Positions 34,830-48,317 are shown, numbered from the stretch's first letter. The stretch is DNA of 64,000 bases from Octopus sinensis (GCF_006345805.1 NC_043008.1:43338001-43402000); one strand, 5' to 3'. Made by a program: numbers and translations. The notes: generated by a model from the letters alone, not told the origin.

Positions 34830-35060
34830 AAGGATGTCCTAGGATGCATCATCGGCACGGTTTCTGGGGTGTCATGAAGTTTCGGGTCTTTCAGCACCAG
34901 ACTTCCTCGCCCACTTTACCCAGCCGGGGTTGGTTATATTCCAGCTTGCTTCCCACAAGCAGCAAGTCCCCGGTCTGCCCTCAAGTGACCTTCTCTGCTG
35001 TCTCAGTAATGGAATTTATGTCTCTCCTCTTTATTGCATCAGTGACTTCAATTACTGATA
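34830..35060 (-). mobile_element. 3' end of a HERO/NeSL-like (restriction-like endonuclease) non-LTR retrotransposon
   Basis: Minus frame AIKRRDINSITETAEK followed by CAACCCCGGCTGGGT...GAAAGACCCGAAAC...GACACCCCAG; recognised from memory of HERO-type 3' ends, not by search. Confidence 0.5.
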
Positions 35061-35243
35061 ATTGAAGGTTATCAATAACCAATATTTAATTATGCCAGTA
35101 CCAAGATGTACTAAAATAATTTATCACTTTTATTTATAATCAAACAGCGTTGCGCTCTTTTCCCTCAGGTTTACGAAACCGTTGGAGACATTTAAAAATT
35201 AATTTACTGTCGCTATAAGAATTTAGAAACTGCGAGAACATGA

Positions 35244-35489
35244 AATAATTCTTTATAGGAATGGCGAGTCTCGAAGCAAATAAAGCTATGAAAAAGCGTA
35301 TAAATATAGGACTAAAAACCTATTGAATACAAAATGTCGAAGTTCGTCATGCTTATTGGAGATGCGGGTTCGAATCGCACGGGCAATCTTCGAGTTTTTC
35401 TATCAAAAGAGATTTTTAACCTAATATTTACACGCTGTTATTTATAGCTTTATTTTCTTCGAGATTCATCGTTCCTAGAAATAATTATT
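35244..35489. repeat. Degenerate foldback element
   Basis: AATAATT...TAGGAA...TCTCGAAG.AAATAAAGCTAT inverted against ATAGCTTTATTTTCTTCGAGA...TTCCTAGAAATAATTATT. Confidence 0.65.
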
Positions 35490-37268
35490 ACTCATTTATT
35501 GTTTTTTTGGAAAAAGAAGCCTGCTTTCTCCAATCGTCGATATTTAGACGTTCTACAAGGAGGTCGTGTGGTTAGAAGTTTGCTTTCCAGCCACATCATT
35601 CCGGGTTCAGTCCCACTGTGTGACACCTTGAGCAAGTCTCTTCTACTATAGTCTCGAGACGACCAAAGCCTTCTGAGTGGGTGGATTTGATAGACGGAAA
35701 CTGAAAGAATCCCGTTGTACACGTATATATCTGTTGATCAATATGTGTATATGCCTTTGTATCTGTATTTATCTCCTACCACAACCGGTGTTGGTGTGTT
35801 TATGATACCATAAGAGACCGATAGAATAAGTACTGGTCTTTAAAAAAGTCCTGGGGTCAAATTATTCGACTAGATTTCTTCAAGGCGGTGCCCCAGCATG
35901 GCCGCATTATAATGACTGAAACAACTAAAAGACAAAAGAACAAAAGTTCACGATTAACCAAATTCTTCACATTGGCACCACATTTTTCAAATTCTTCTTG
36001 ACACAAAATTAACGAAGTGAATAAATATACGATTGAATATATTATCACGTGTCACCAGTCACGTGTTTGAATTATATGCAAAGTTGTCAGATCTCAAATA
36101 TATATCACGGTCAAGTTATTCGTAAAAATTGCTCATATTTGATTTAGTTTCGCGACAAAGCGAAAGATTATTGGCGACACACAGTTTGGAAGCATTTGCA
36201 TAACATTAGTCGCAGCAGGCGTAGATTTCATAGGTTTCCTAATTCAAATAAGCAGAAATTATATCCATAATTGTGTTTAATATCCAACATTTTGGCAGGC
36301 GAATTAAATTACAAAAAGAAAAAGAAAAGCAAGTTTTACTTCATTCTGACGCCCGTCTACAATTTGGATTAATTATTGGTATTTCAAAGGATTAGTAGCG
36401 TTCCAACAGACAATAGCTGCCGTAAAAATAAATTAGTATATCAATGGTGATCACTTACAGCACTGCCCAACACACGTGCCCCACAAGCTATTGAATGACC
36501 CTCGGCCTCATTCACCTCTTCCCTCTAATTTTTATTCCCTTTGTCACAAACTACAACAAATTAACTCTCGCTCGCCTCCTACAAATTCGTCCTCCTACAA
36601 ATTCGTCCTTCACGATCTCTGCTTCCATCATTTTTCCACATTTAATCTCTCCTCTTCCGCTCCACAAATATTCGTTTCAAATTTAGGCACAAAGCCAGCA
36701 GTTTTCGGCGAGAAGGAAGTCAATTACATCGATTCCAGTGCTCGACTGGTACTTATTTTGTCGACTCCAAAAGGATGAAGGGCAAAGTCGACCATAGCGG
36801 AATTTGAACTCAGAACGGAAAAACGGACGAAATGCCGCTAGGCACCTTGTCGGTGTGCTAACGATTCTGCCAACAGCTGCCTTCGACTATTCTTTTATTC
36901 TTTTTATTCTTTTATTTGTTTCAGTCATTTGACTGTGGCCATGCTGGAGCACCGCCTTTAGTCGAACAAATCGACCCCAGGACTTATTCTTTTTAAGCCT
37001 AGTACTTATTCTATCGGTCTCTTTGCCGAACAGTTAAGTTACGGGGACGTAAACACACCAGTATCGGTTGTCAAGCGATGGTGGGGGTACAAACACAGAC
37101 ACACAAACATACACACACACACACGCACACGCACACACACACAGACACACGCACACATACACATACATATATACGACGGGCTTCTTTCAGTTTCCGTCTA
37201 CCGAATCCACTCACAAGGCTTTGGTCGGCTTGAGGCTATAGTAGAAGACACTTGCCCAAGGTACCACG

Positions 37269-37321
<53 letters not shown>

Positions 37322-38674
37322 ACACACGTATGTGCATGTGAAATATGCTGTCTTTAAGATAGCGAATTGACGGTAGTGTTTGCATGTGCGCGGGCATGCG
37401 TGTGTGTGTTAGTACGTACCACAATTTTTTTATAATGAAATCTCATTTCGTAAATCTGGACCGGATTTCGAGAAGGGATAAAACCTATGTCGTGCTATTC
37501 GTGGTTAATCTTAAGCCAGGTTTTTTTTTCAGTTATGAAATCACATCGAACCCATGTAATTCTAACTAACACATCTATAAAAACACGTCTTTTTTTTTTA
37601 CGTGACATAAAATCTTATAAATCTTTCTGCTTTACTGTTATTCGCTTTGATTATTCGCAGCAACTAACAGATTTGATAAAATTTTTTACAAATATTTGTG
37701 TCGTTATTGACACTATGTGGTTTTGGCGTTTAAACGATTTATAGTTATTCCGATAGTTCGATCTTTTTAACACTAAAATTCAGTAATTCATTGGGAGAGA
37801 TCGATTTTTACACCTGTGATCCATATTCAAATATATACACAGGTATGAATACGTAAATCGATAAACTTCGTTTTACAGTCCACCATGGTCAAGAATTTCT
37901 AGTGTAAAGAATGTTTGACAAAAGTTTTTAGGAAATATTTTGGGATTAACGAGCTGGATCTCCTAACCTTAAATAGGTACTATGAGGTGGTTGCTTTGTT
38001 GTTGTTACTGAACTCCAGCTCAATTTTGACAGACTAAACTTATGACGTAAAGCGTCCCATTCGTGAACATCATGGTCAGTTCAGAGACGAGTAGGACTGC
38101 CTTATTAAATGCTTATTAATAAATCATTTGGCTTGATTTTAGGGAGATTTGAGAACTATTTGCTGCCGGACGAGCGATTCGTACACATTCTCGGTCTATT
38201 CCCTATTCTCTCTTGTTTTCTATAGATTAGAGCTAAATCCCATTGATGTTATAATGGTAACTTTGTATAAGTTATTGTAGCCACAGGAAAATGTGAACTG
38301 GATCTTGCAATCTAACGAAACATTTCAAACTGGGGGACACATCTATCAGTTATTCCTATCCCGTGGTACTTGTTTAGAACCAAGGAGATTATTCCATTGG
38401 GAAATATCGTGTTATACCAGTGGGTAAATAAGAGCATCAACTTGACTGTAGGCCACCCGGCATCTTAGTTACCCGGTCTGTCACACTCTTGAATTATATC
38501 GATGTGAAGAATATTCCATTGGTTAAGATCACCATTTCCAAAGTATTTCGAAACACAATACGGACGAACTGCACGGTCATTGATACAGGCAGTAAACTGG
38601 CAGATTCAGTAGAGTATAGGACAACATACTTTATGGTATTTATTCCAGCTCTCAGCTGTACAAATGTATACACA

Positions 38675-38747
<73 letters not shown>

Positions 38748-38788
38748 TCACACATACACATTTGTACAGATATAAATACATATACACA

Positions 38789-38839
<51 letters not shown>

Positions 38840-41288
38840 TACATACGTATGTACGTAAATACACTCCCAATGAAGAATATCGAGAGATGAAGAAAAGGAG
38901 AAAGAAACAGGAGAAAATAGAAAAATCACTTGGGTGGGGGTGATGGAGGGGTGGGTAAATAGAGAAGGAAAGTGAGTGAAAGAGAATGAAAGAGAATGAA
39001 AATATAAAATGGTTGAAGAAAGTAAAGAAAGGATGAATGTGAAGGAGAATGAAAAAGAGAGAAGTCAGAATGGGAGAATAAAAGATTGCAAAGACGAATA
39101 GGAATGGAAGAAGTAAAGAGCTTGCTGGAAGTTTGTTGTAATATTATTGTTAAAATTCCACCTTTGATATTTTCGTAAATCTTTCCAAGTTGGACCTCAC
39201 AGAGAGACAAACAAAATAACTTCCTGATAGTCTGAAAATGTTTCCTCAGAAAAACATTCTTTAAAAGAGAAATGAAGAAAAAGAAAGAAGAGAAGGAAAC
39301 CTACAGCAAAGAATGTAATTTTGGTAATCTACGTGATGCCCAAAACAAAGAATTAATGTGTCTTTGTTCTTTGTCTGTGTGCTGCTTAGAATTCGTCTTA
39401 CTAAATAAAGGAAATACTGTAGATGTGTCTTGGAAAACATCTGAATTCGATATTTTCTGGTTTATTGGTTGTAATGTTTTGTTCCACTTTCGTTTACTTT
39501 GGTTTGGTTTATCCATTGAGGTGGAATCTGGCGTTGCTGATTAGTCGAAAGAACATGTTGTAGTGCTTTTATTCCAAATTGTTTTCTCTTCTCACTCGGT
39601 GTTTGTGTGTGTGTCTGTGTGTGTGCTTGTTATAGTCTTTTATATTTAATTTATTATTATTTTATACATACTGAGCGGGGTGTAAACAGCTTCGTCTCAC
39701 AATCCACAGACAATCAAACACCAACATTTAAAACAAGCAACGAATATTTAACACGCAAATCGAAAAATAAAATAAAATAAATTTATTCGAAATATCTAAG
39801 TTGTTCACCTCTTACAAAATCTCAGATTTATAACACAAGCGGAAGTGAAATTTTTCTATATCTATACTTGTCCCATTGGCAAGTGTGTGATTACTGAAGG
39901 GACCTGATCAAATCTAGGATTCGATCTGATATTCTATCTCCAATTCGAAAGATCTCACTCCGCAAGATCTCACTCATACAAACACATACATGTATATTTA
40001 TGATCTATATTTTATAAAGCGACTGGCAAGGGCTTCCCACTTGTGGCATTTAAATACACATCTTTACGTTCTCAGATCACATACTTCCGTGATTGAATTG
40101 GGCCTCTCATTTTATTAGCCAAGTATTAGTATATCTAACCATTCCCCCAGTGAACTATTTGGCATGTGTCTCTTTTAGAAAACATTATACTTTAATTTGA
40201 ATAAAAGCAAGTTTATATTGATTCCTCTTATGTCTTGGAGCAATTTCATACTGAACGCCATCTTGTGTGTGATTGTTTCGTGTTCAACATAAAAAAAAAT
40301 GATATTTTTACCAACAAATACCTAACTTATGTTAACACTGAAAATAAATTTTTGTGAAATGAATGTCTGAAAATGAATGTCAGGTATGGCAGACGAACTT
40401 CCTTGTCCTGAAACGGTACGATTTGGAAGAGATAGGAGACAGAATTGTTAAGAGATTTGGAGAAAAATCTTCATATATTTTTGTAACTGAATCGATGACA
40501 CAAACACATAGAGATAAACACACACAATCCCACACAGACAGACACACACGTACGCATGAATATATACAAACGTGTGTTTGTATATATATTTATACATACA
40601 TATACGTATTATATATATCCATATATTTCTCACTCTCTCTCTCTCTCTGATTATATATATGTATGTATGCATATGTATATGTGTGCATATGTATGTATAC
40701 ATATATGAATGTTTTTGATTTCATACATGAAACACAGAAGCAGAATTTCTCGTCCTTCCTCTTCCATTGTATATCAATATACAGGAAATTGGAAGAAACA
40801 TATTTCCCAGGAGGATATCTGTTCTACAAAAATATAGCCACGACGAGAAAAGGTCAGGACATGAGAGTGAGAGGGAGAGAGAAAGAGAGGGAGAGAGAGG
40901 AAGAGAGAGAGAAACGGAAAGAGATCAAGTAAAAGCAGGAAGAAGAGTTTAAAATAAGACATCAAATACAGCAAAATTGAGATGGAACTGTTCCTGTGGT
41001 ATGCAAGATTTCCAGTTGGTTAAGATTCTTTCAACCAGTCTCTATCAATACTGCATAAATTGCAATTGTATGCAAGTCCTGTAGGACTTGCTGAAGGAAT
41101 GGTTGAGAATAATTTCTTCGCTGTCGATAAAAAAGCAGACCGATGTTGAATCTCTGACATCAGTTTTACCGAAAGTCTACAAGAAGTTGTAGAGGAAGCT
41201 TGAGTCGTGTTTTGGAAGAATATCGCCAAGTACCATCGCAATTCGAAATCCAGGATGCTTTAGTAGTGTATACCACGCTTTTGTTAAT

Positions 41289-41450
41289 ACGAGGGGTGGG
41301 GATGGGACTAAAAAGTTCTTGGGTTTAAGGGCGTCGCGAAAGGCCCGAATTTCAGAGTTCTTTTACAAGGCTTAGAAAAACTGAAGGACCGCTGCAGTAA
41401 GTGTGAGTATCAGAGAAAGGGTTATATTGAATAAGATTATAATTAACTGA
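41289..41450 (+). mobile_element. Internally deleted mariner element
   Basis: Starts TACGAGGGGTG...AAAAGTTC (mariner-like TIR) and joins directly to C-terminal FYKGLEKLKDRCSKCEYQRKGYIE*. Confidence 0.55.
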
Positions 41451-41518
41451 TCCTCCTGTATTGTCTTTTATCGAAAGCCAGGAAATTTTCAGCACCACTA
41501 GTAGAACACCCACATAAG

Positions 41519-41600
<82 letters not shown>

Positions 41601-41604
<4 letters not shown>

Positions 41605-42950
41605 ATCGACTGGACCCCTTCCCCCAAATTTCGGGCCTTGTGCCTAGAGTAGAAAAGAACATCTTATGTTAGAGTTAAGGGTAAACGGTTTCATGGGTTT
41701 GACTGTAAGTTATGGAGGACAATTACATTGTAAGAACTAAAACACATATTAATAAACTCACTAAATAAACGTGCATGAATTCCGGTATAAATCCATTTCG
41801 TTATCTCAAAATAATAGATTTATATCTCAATATAATAAGCAGTGGAATTATCTACAATTTGAAAGTTATTAACTTCAATTTCGTTATATAAATATACACA
41901 TATATGCAAAAACTGCCATAAAAAACACACGCACATACCTCTCTCTCTTTATATATATATAATATACGCATACGTACATATATCCATACATGTACAAACA
42001 TATAAGTTGATTAATGTTTATTAAAATACTGCAAACTTCCAATTAAATTAAAACCATAGATCCCTCTAATCCAACTTATATTTAACCTTATTTACATTAA
42101 CTCCCTCTCTATGTCCGCCCTCTCTATCTCCATCCCCCCCTCTCTCTCTATATATATATATGTTTGCGTATGCGCGTATATATATGTGTATATGCATGCA
42201 TATGTGTATACATGTATATATATTATATGTGCATATGTGCACATATGTAAATATGTGCATTATTAAATATATATATATATATTATATATATGTAATCGAC
42301 TGGACCCCTTCCCCCAAATTTCGGGCCTTGTGCCTAGAGTAGAAAAGAACATCTTATGTTAGAGTTAAGGTAAACGGTTCATGGGTTTGACTGTAAGTTA
42401 TGGAGGACAATTACATTGTAAGAACTAAAACACATATTAATAAACTCACTAAATAAACGTGCATGAATTCCGGTATAAATCCATTTCGTTATCTCAAAAT
42501 AATAGATTTATATCTCAATATAATAAGCAGTGGAATTATCTACAATTTGAAAGTTATTAACTTCAATTTAGTTATATAAATATACCATATATGCAAAACT
42601 GCATAAAAAACACACGCACATACCTCTCTCTCTTTATATATATATAATATACGCATACGTAATATATCCAAACATGTACAACAATATAAGTTGATTAATG
42701 TTTATTAAAATACTGCAAACTTCCAATTAAATTAAAACCATAGATCCCTCTAATCCAACTTATATTTAACCTTATTTACATTAACTCCCTCTCTATGTCC
42801 GCCCTCTCTATCTCCATCCCCCCTCTCTCTCTCTCTATATATATATATGTTTGCGTATGCGCGTATATATATGTGTATATGCATGCATATGTGTATACAT
42901 GTATATATATATATGTAAATATGTGCATTATGTAAATATATATATATATA
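41601..42950. repeat. Tandem duplication, period 690 bp (41601-42290; 42291 to about 42950)
   Basis: Both copies start TGTAATCGACTGGACCCCTTCCCCC and differ mainly by single-base deletions in copy 2. Confidence 0.92.
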
Positions 42951-43044
42951 TATAATGTACGTTCATATAGGTATAAATATATAAATATGTGTACTTGTAT
43001 GTATATAAACATATAAATATATACACTACACACACATATATATA

Positions 43045-43083
<39 letters not shown>

Positions 43084-43239
43084 ATGTATATATATATATT
43101 AAAATACAAGAAATTTCGAATTCTTATGTAATTAAACTAAAATGATAAACTCCTTTAATACATCTCAGATTTTAATCTGTTTTATTACGATCTCAGTAAA
43201 CTTAATCATTCAAATCATTTAAGCATTAAAGTAGTTGAG

Positions 43240-43468
43240 TAATTCCCCTCTTGTGTGACCCTTCTGTCCGGCATTCGCCATGATAGATCGCTAGCCACTA
43301 AACCTATTCTACTTTCTCTCTCTGTTTATTTCTGTGTTACTTTCTGTTGAAGAGCGTAGGCTCGAAACGTAAAAGACTTTTGTCACTTCCCGAGCGTTAA
43401 ACTAATACTTCTGTTTGTTGTTTACAGACCCGTCTACATCTTTTTTTTGTAAATTCTCACTATACATG

Positions 43469-43501
<33 letters not shown>

Positions 43502-43700
43502 GAGCACCGCCAGCAATTTTTTTTCCTCTGTTTTCCCTTCTCGGGATCTTTCCTTCTCCTTTGTTTCCGACGAAGAGCTCCGCTCGAAACGTCAAACCCT
43601 CCTTCTTCCCTTCTTTCCTGAGCGTCCAATAATACTTTATTTGTTCCACGTCCCCGCGTTGCTGTGTTTTTTTGTGTTTTCTTCTTTGTATTAACTATAT
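43240..43700 (+). mobile_element. Two adjacent Penelope-like terminal-repeat fragments, each with a minimal hammerhead motif
   Basis: 43340-43375 CTTT-CTGTTGA-A-GAGC-GTAG-GCTC-GAAACGTA-AAAG; 43563-43597 GTTT-CCGACGA-A-GAGC-TCC-GCTC-GAAACGTC-AAAC. Confidence 0.6.
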
Positions 43701-43729
43701 ATATATATATATATACATGTAACTAGAAT

Positions 43730-44375
43730 ATTTCCTGTCTGTTATGCAAACCATATGCCGGAAAAATGTCCCAGAGCACAAGGCCAACACAATAAGGAAC
43801 AAGATTCCAAGAGAGAGAGAAAGATCCTATGAGACGACGGACGAAGGTTGCAAATCGTTTCAACCAACATCCCAAAAGTAGTGAAAGGTCCCGCCTAAAA
43901 CAACACTGATGGCGATTGAAAAAAGCCTGCAACAATCCCATGTGAAGAAGTGAGAAGGCAAAAAAGACTGGCTTATGAAAATTATCGAGTCAAACCGAAA
44001 GGCCTCCTTTCATTATGCCAAAGAAACAGCCTCAGTTCGCTGCAAAATAGGACATCCTCTTCCAAAAGATGGCTATCTCACAGATAACCCAGCCTGGATC
44101 AGTGAGGTACTGAATGACAAGTTCAAAAGTGTCTTCTCCACCCCATTGGAACACAGACAAGTGAATGAACTAGTGGAATTCTTTACCGCCTCACCCATAA
44201 CCAGCGAGGCAGTTACCATGGATTACATCGAGATTGGTGAAGAAGACATAATACTAGCCATAGATGGGGTGGACGCAAACTCAACTGCTGGTCCTGATGG
44301 TTTCCTTGTATTCCTCCTCAAATCGTGTAACAGTGCCCTGGCGAAACCACTACAGATATTCTTCCAGAATTTTCT
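43730..44375 (+). mobile_element. CR1-type LINE ORF2 fragment (upstream of the RT core)
   Basis: NRKASFHYAKETASVRCKIGHPL...ISEVLNDKFKSVFST...AIDGVDANSTAGPDGFLVFLLKSCNSALAKPLQIFF resembles the CR1 S-A-GPDG motif region. Confidence 0.85.
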
Positions 44376-44817
44376 TGAGCCTAGAGTAGAAAGGAATATA
44401 TTGTTGACGTCATAAAAAAAACAATATATATGCTTATATTTGCGTGTAAGAGTGTGGAAAGAAGCGCTGTTGCAAGTAATTAAAGGTGAGAATAGTTAGA
44501 ACATATATCTGCAGTAAAGATGAGGATAAATCATGAAGTTGTAATGAGATGATGGAAGAGAGAAAGAAAGAAAGTTTTATAGAAAAGTATTTATGGTAAG
44601 AAAACTGATGAAGTTGAGTAGACATGAGGTGAAGCTGATAAAAATAATGATGTGTGTGTGTACATGTATGTAGTATATACATGTGAGTATTAACGTATAT
44701 GTGAGAACATATGAGGATATATATATATATATATATGTATGTATATATTTATGTGCGTGTGTGTACATGTATGTGCAATAACACACACAAACACCATATA
44801 TATATGTATATATATAT

Positions 44818-44867
<50 letters not shown>

Positions 44868-45018
44868 ATGGCTTTGCTCGTATACGAGAAAGCCACTAAG
44901 ATACACATATATATAGGGCATACTAGCTTATATATACAAAATACACACCACACACGTACACACACGTACACACATATATACATATACAACACACACGTAC
45001 ATATCAAATGTAGGAAAT

Positions 45019-45162
45019 GAAGAAGAAGAAGAAGAAGAAGAAGAAGAAGAAGAAGAAGAAGAAGAAGAAGAAGAAGAAGAAGAAGAAGAAGAAGAAGAAG
45101 AAGAAGAAGAAGAAGAAGAAGAAGAAGAAGAAGAAGAAGAAGAAGAAGAAGAAGAAGAAGAA
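45019..45162 (+). repeat. Pure (GAA)48 trinucleotide tract
   Basis: 144 bp uninterrupted. Confidence 0.97.
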
Positions 45163-45662
45163 AAAGACTAGGACATGCTGTAAAACAGAACGGATGTAAT
45201 AATTCTTAGTGAGCGGAATAAAAGAATAAGTTCCGTTTTGCTCTTTTATCTTTTGTCGTTCTTTTTCTCATCGAGAATTAGTTGGAACTAATGAAGATCA
45301 TGAAGGAACCAGGAACTTGGGTGGGAAACTCATTTTTTCATCGAATTCTTTTGGAATTTCTTTGGAGCTAAAATTAATGGTTGGGGAAACTATATGCGAT
45401 GTTCCTAATAGTTCATACTTGTCACTGGATCGGTTCACATATCGGCTTATAGGTATTATAAACCGAAGCATGGCTGTGGGGTTAAGAAGATCACTTCGGG
45501 TTCCCTTCCCTTGCACAGAACTATTGGAAAGTGCCTTCTGCTCCGGGTTGGACCCATCAATGACATAACATTGATTTCGATAAACTGAAACTGTGTGCAT
45601 GCTCTTCGTGTGAGTGTGTATATACACATAGATACATGCACACACACGCACACACACACACA

Positions 45663-45703
<41 letters not shown>

Positions 45704-45719
45704 ATATATAAACATATGA

Positions 45720-45788
45720 AACTAAATACACGTGGTTGTTTATACACCTGTGTTCGTCTTTTGGTTTTCTGTAAATTTCAACTATATG

Positions 45789-45828
<40 letters not shown>

Positions 45829-45995
45829 AGCTTTTTTCATTCTCTCTCTGTGTTTATTTTCTCTAATTCTTTTCTGTTTAAGAGCGTAGGCTCGAAACGT
45901 AAAAGGCTTTTTCACTTTTCCTGAGCTTCAAACTAAAATACCTGATTGTTGTTCATACACCCGACTTTTGTTTTTCCATAAATTTCAACTATATT
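45720..45995 (+). mobile_element. Penelope-like terminal-repeat fragment with a disrupted hammerhead core
   Basis: CTGTTTA-A-GAGCGTAGGCTC-GAAACGTA at 45874-45901 (G8 lost); internal direct repeat ending AAATTTCAACTATAT. Confidence 0.55.
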
Positions 45996-46010
45996 ATATA
46001 TATATATATA

Positions 46011-46778
46011 CAGGGTGTGATGGGTAAATTGCCGTCATATTCCATGTTTAATTTCGCGCATGCGCATTGTTTAATTTTGAATTTATCGACTACACAGTAT
46101 AATTGGGGCAGTTGGGCACCGTCTGTGCGAAAAACAGTACCATGAAGCAATTCACTCTGCCAGAAATTTGGAAACGATATGCTGTACTGCTTGGCATTCG
46201 CGCCGGAAGTGATAAAAATCGCGGTGGGAGTGATAAAAATTCAGCATCCAGTCAACATCATGCTGTTTGGAGTGATCACTACTGATGGCGACATTATGCC
46301 ACCATTCCTCTTTCCACAGGGCCTCAGACTCAACACGGAGGCCTATGTCAAGTGCCTAGAGGAGGTAGTGATGCCCTGGGTGGCTGCTGGAAGATCCTGT
46401 TTCTGCCAAGAATACTCTGCACCATGCTACACAAGCAAGAGGATCCAGTCATGGCTCTCATAAAATTTCTGCGACCACATCACCCCTAACATGTGGGACG
46501 CAGTTGAGCGAGAGACCAACAAAACTCTTAGTAACACCAAATATGAACTGAAGGCAAAGATTATAGCAACATTCACCAACTTAAACAAGGAGACTGTCCA
46601 GAAGAGTTGCAGGAGATTCCGAAGAAGTATTCAGTTCGTGGTTGAAGCCAATGGCGATTTTATTGAATAAATTTACTCTTCAGTATTTCAAGATTTTTTA
46701 TGTAATTTTGGTAAATGAGATGTCAGTGTTATTTTCATATTTGCGTAACTTAGATGACAATATACTCACTGCATCTTG
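46011..46778 (+). mobile_element. Internally deleted maT/DD37D-like Tc1-mariner element
   Basis: TA-flanked; left TIR CAGGGTGTGATGGGTAAATTGCCGTC, degenerate right TIR (19/28 match including the flanking TA); frames IMLFGVITTDGDIMPP...LNTEAYVKCLEEVVMPW...SAPCYTSKRIQSWLS*NFCDHITPNMWDAVERETNK...KSCRRFR...VEANGDFIE*. Confidence 0.85.
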
Positions 46779-47367
46779 TAGTTTCCGCCTACCAAATCCA
46801 CTCACAAGGTTTTGGTCGGCCCGAGGCTATAGTAGAAGAACTCGCCCAAGGTGCCACGCAGTGAGATTGAACCCGGAACCATGTGGTTCGTAAGCAAGCT
46901 ACTCACCACACAGCCACTCCTACGCCTATAAATACACACACACACACACACACACACACATATGATACCAAAGATAATTCGGAGAACAAATTGTTGGACG
47001 TACGTAGATTTAGGTGAATTTCTAAGCAAAGGTTAACTGTTAGACTTGTCTCATTCGAAATAACAGCTTTTCAATGGATGTATATACACATGTATGTATG
47101 TATATAGATATACACACAGATGTCGAGTAGTGAATGCGTCGTTATATCTTCGCTAACTAGTATCATCCATTACCTTTGTGCGTGTGTTTGTGTGTGTATG
47201 TGCGTGTGTGTGTGTATGTGTGTGTGTGTGTGTGTGTATACACCCACACACAGTAAGCTAATGATCCAAAGTTTCTCTCGCTTATCCTTGTTGTGTGTTA
47301 GAATAAGATCGCCGGTCCGATATGAAAGGAAGAGAGAGAGAGAGCGAAAGATAGAGATAGGGAGAAG

Positions 47368-47428
<61 letters not shown>

Positions 47429-47504
47429 TGAGTCATTAGCAAAGCTGTAATGTCGGTAGCCAAAGAGCAACAAGAGGAAACAGCGATGTCTATCTGCGAG
47501 AGCA

Positions 47505-47604
47505 NNNNNNNNNNNNNNNNNNNNNNNNNNNNNNNNNNNNNNNNNNNNNNNNNNNNNNNNNNNNNNNNNNNNNNNNNNNNNNNNNNNNNNNNNNNNNNNN
47601 NNNN
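47505..47604. other. Assembly gap (100 N)
   Basis: Run of exactly 100 N, typical of a placeholder scaffold join. Confidence 0.99.
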
Positions 47605-48317
47605 CTGAATGCAGCACATCCTGCTTGTAGCATATTGAGGAGTGTGCCCTTGCTAGTGAAGGCGGTGGTTTACTTCAGTGGACCATCATGTTTATGTGTA
47701 CGTGAGTCTGTTGGTTTATACCAGGGAACCCCAGAATGGGTCTTAATCGAACTTTATAATTTGATAGTCTATAAATATCGATGCTTCCTCCATGCTGGAA
47801 TCAGAGAATAAATATTTCGTCTTTCTTTCATCTTTCTCTAATCAATAAATTTTATTCAAATTCTTCATAGGTATATATCTATTTAAAATTATAAACCTTC
47901 TATCCAGTTTTTTTTAAAACTTCAAACAGTAGTTATTTGAAATAATCAGTTCCGCCCATATATGTGTGTGCGTGTGTAAAGCATATGCGTGTCTGTGTGT
48001 GTATGTGTCTTTGTCTGGTGTGTGTGTGTGTGTTTGTCTGTGTGTGTGTGTCTGTGTATATCTGTTTGTGTGTCTGTATGTGTGTATGTTTACGTATAGA
48101 GATAAAGTCATGTAGAGAATGATAGATATGTAATCAAATGCCTATACCTATGCATATATATATATATATGTATGTATATGTGTGTGTGTTTGTGTGTGTA
48201 TGTGTCTGTCTCTGTGTGTGTATGATGATATATATACAGATAAAAGATATATAGATATATATATAGACAAATATATATGCATGCATATATATATATCTGT
48301 GTATGTATGTATATATC

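Noticed and set aside
40985-41250. Possible mariner catalytic-region fragment on the minus strand (CFFIDSEEII)
   Set aside because: Similarity too short and degraded to support
45017-45199. Poly-lysine ORF
   Set aside because: Frame of the (GAA)n tract
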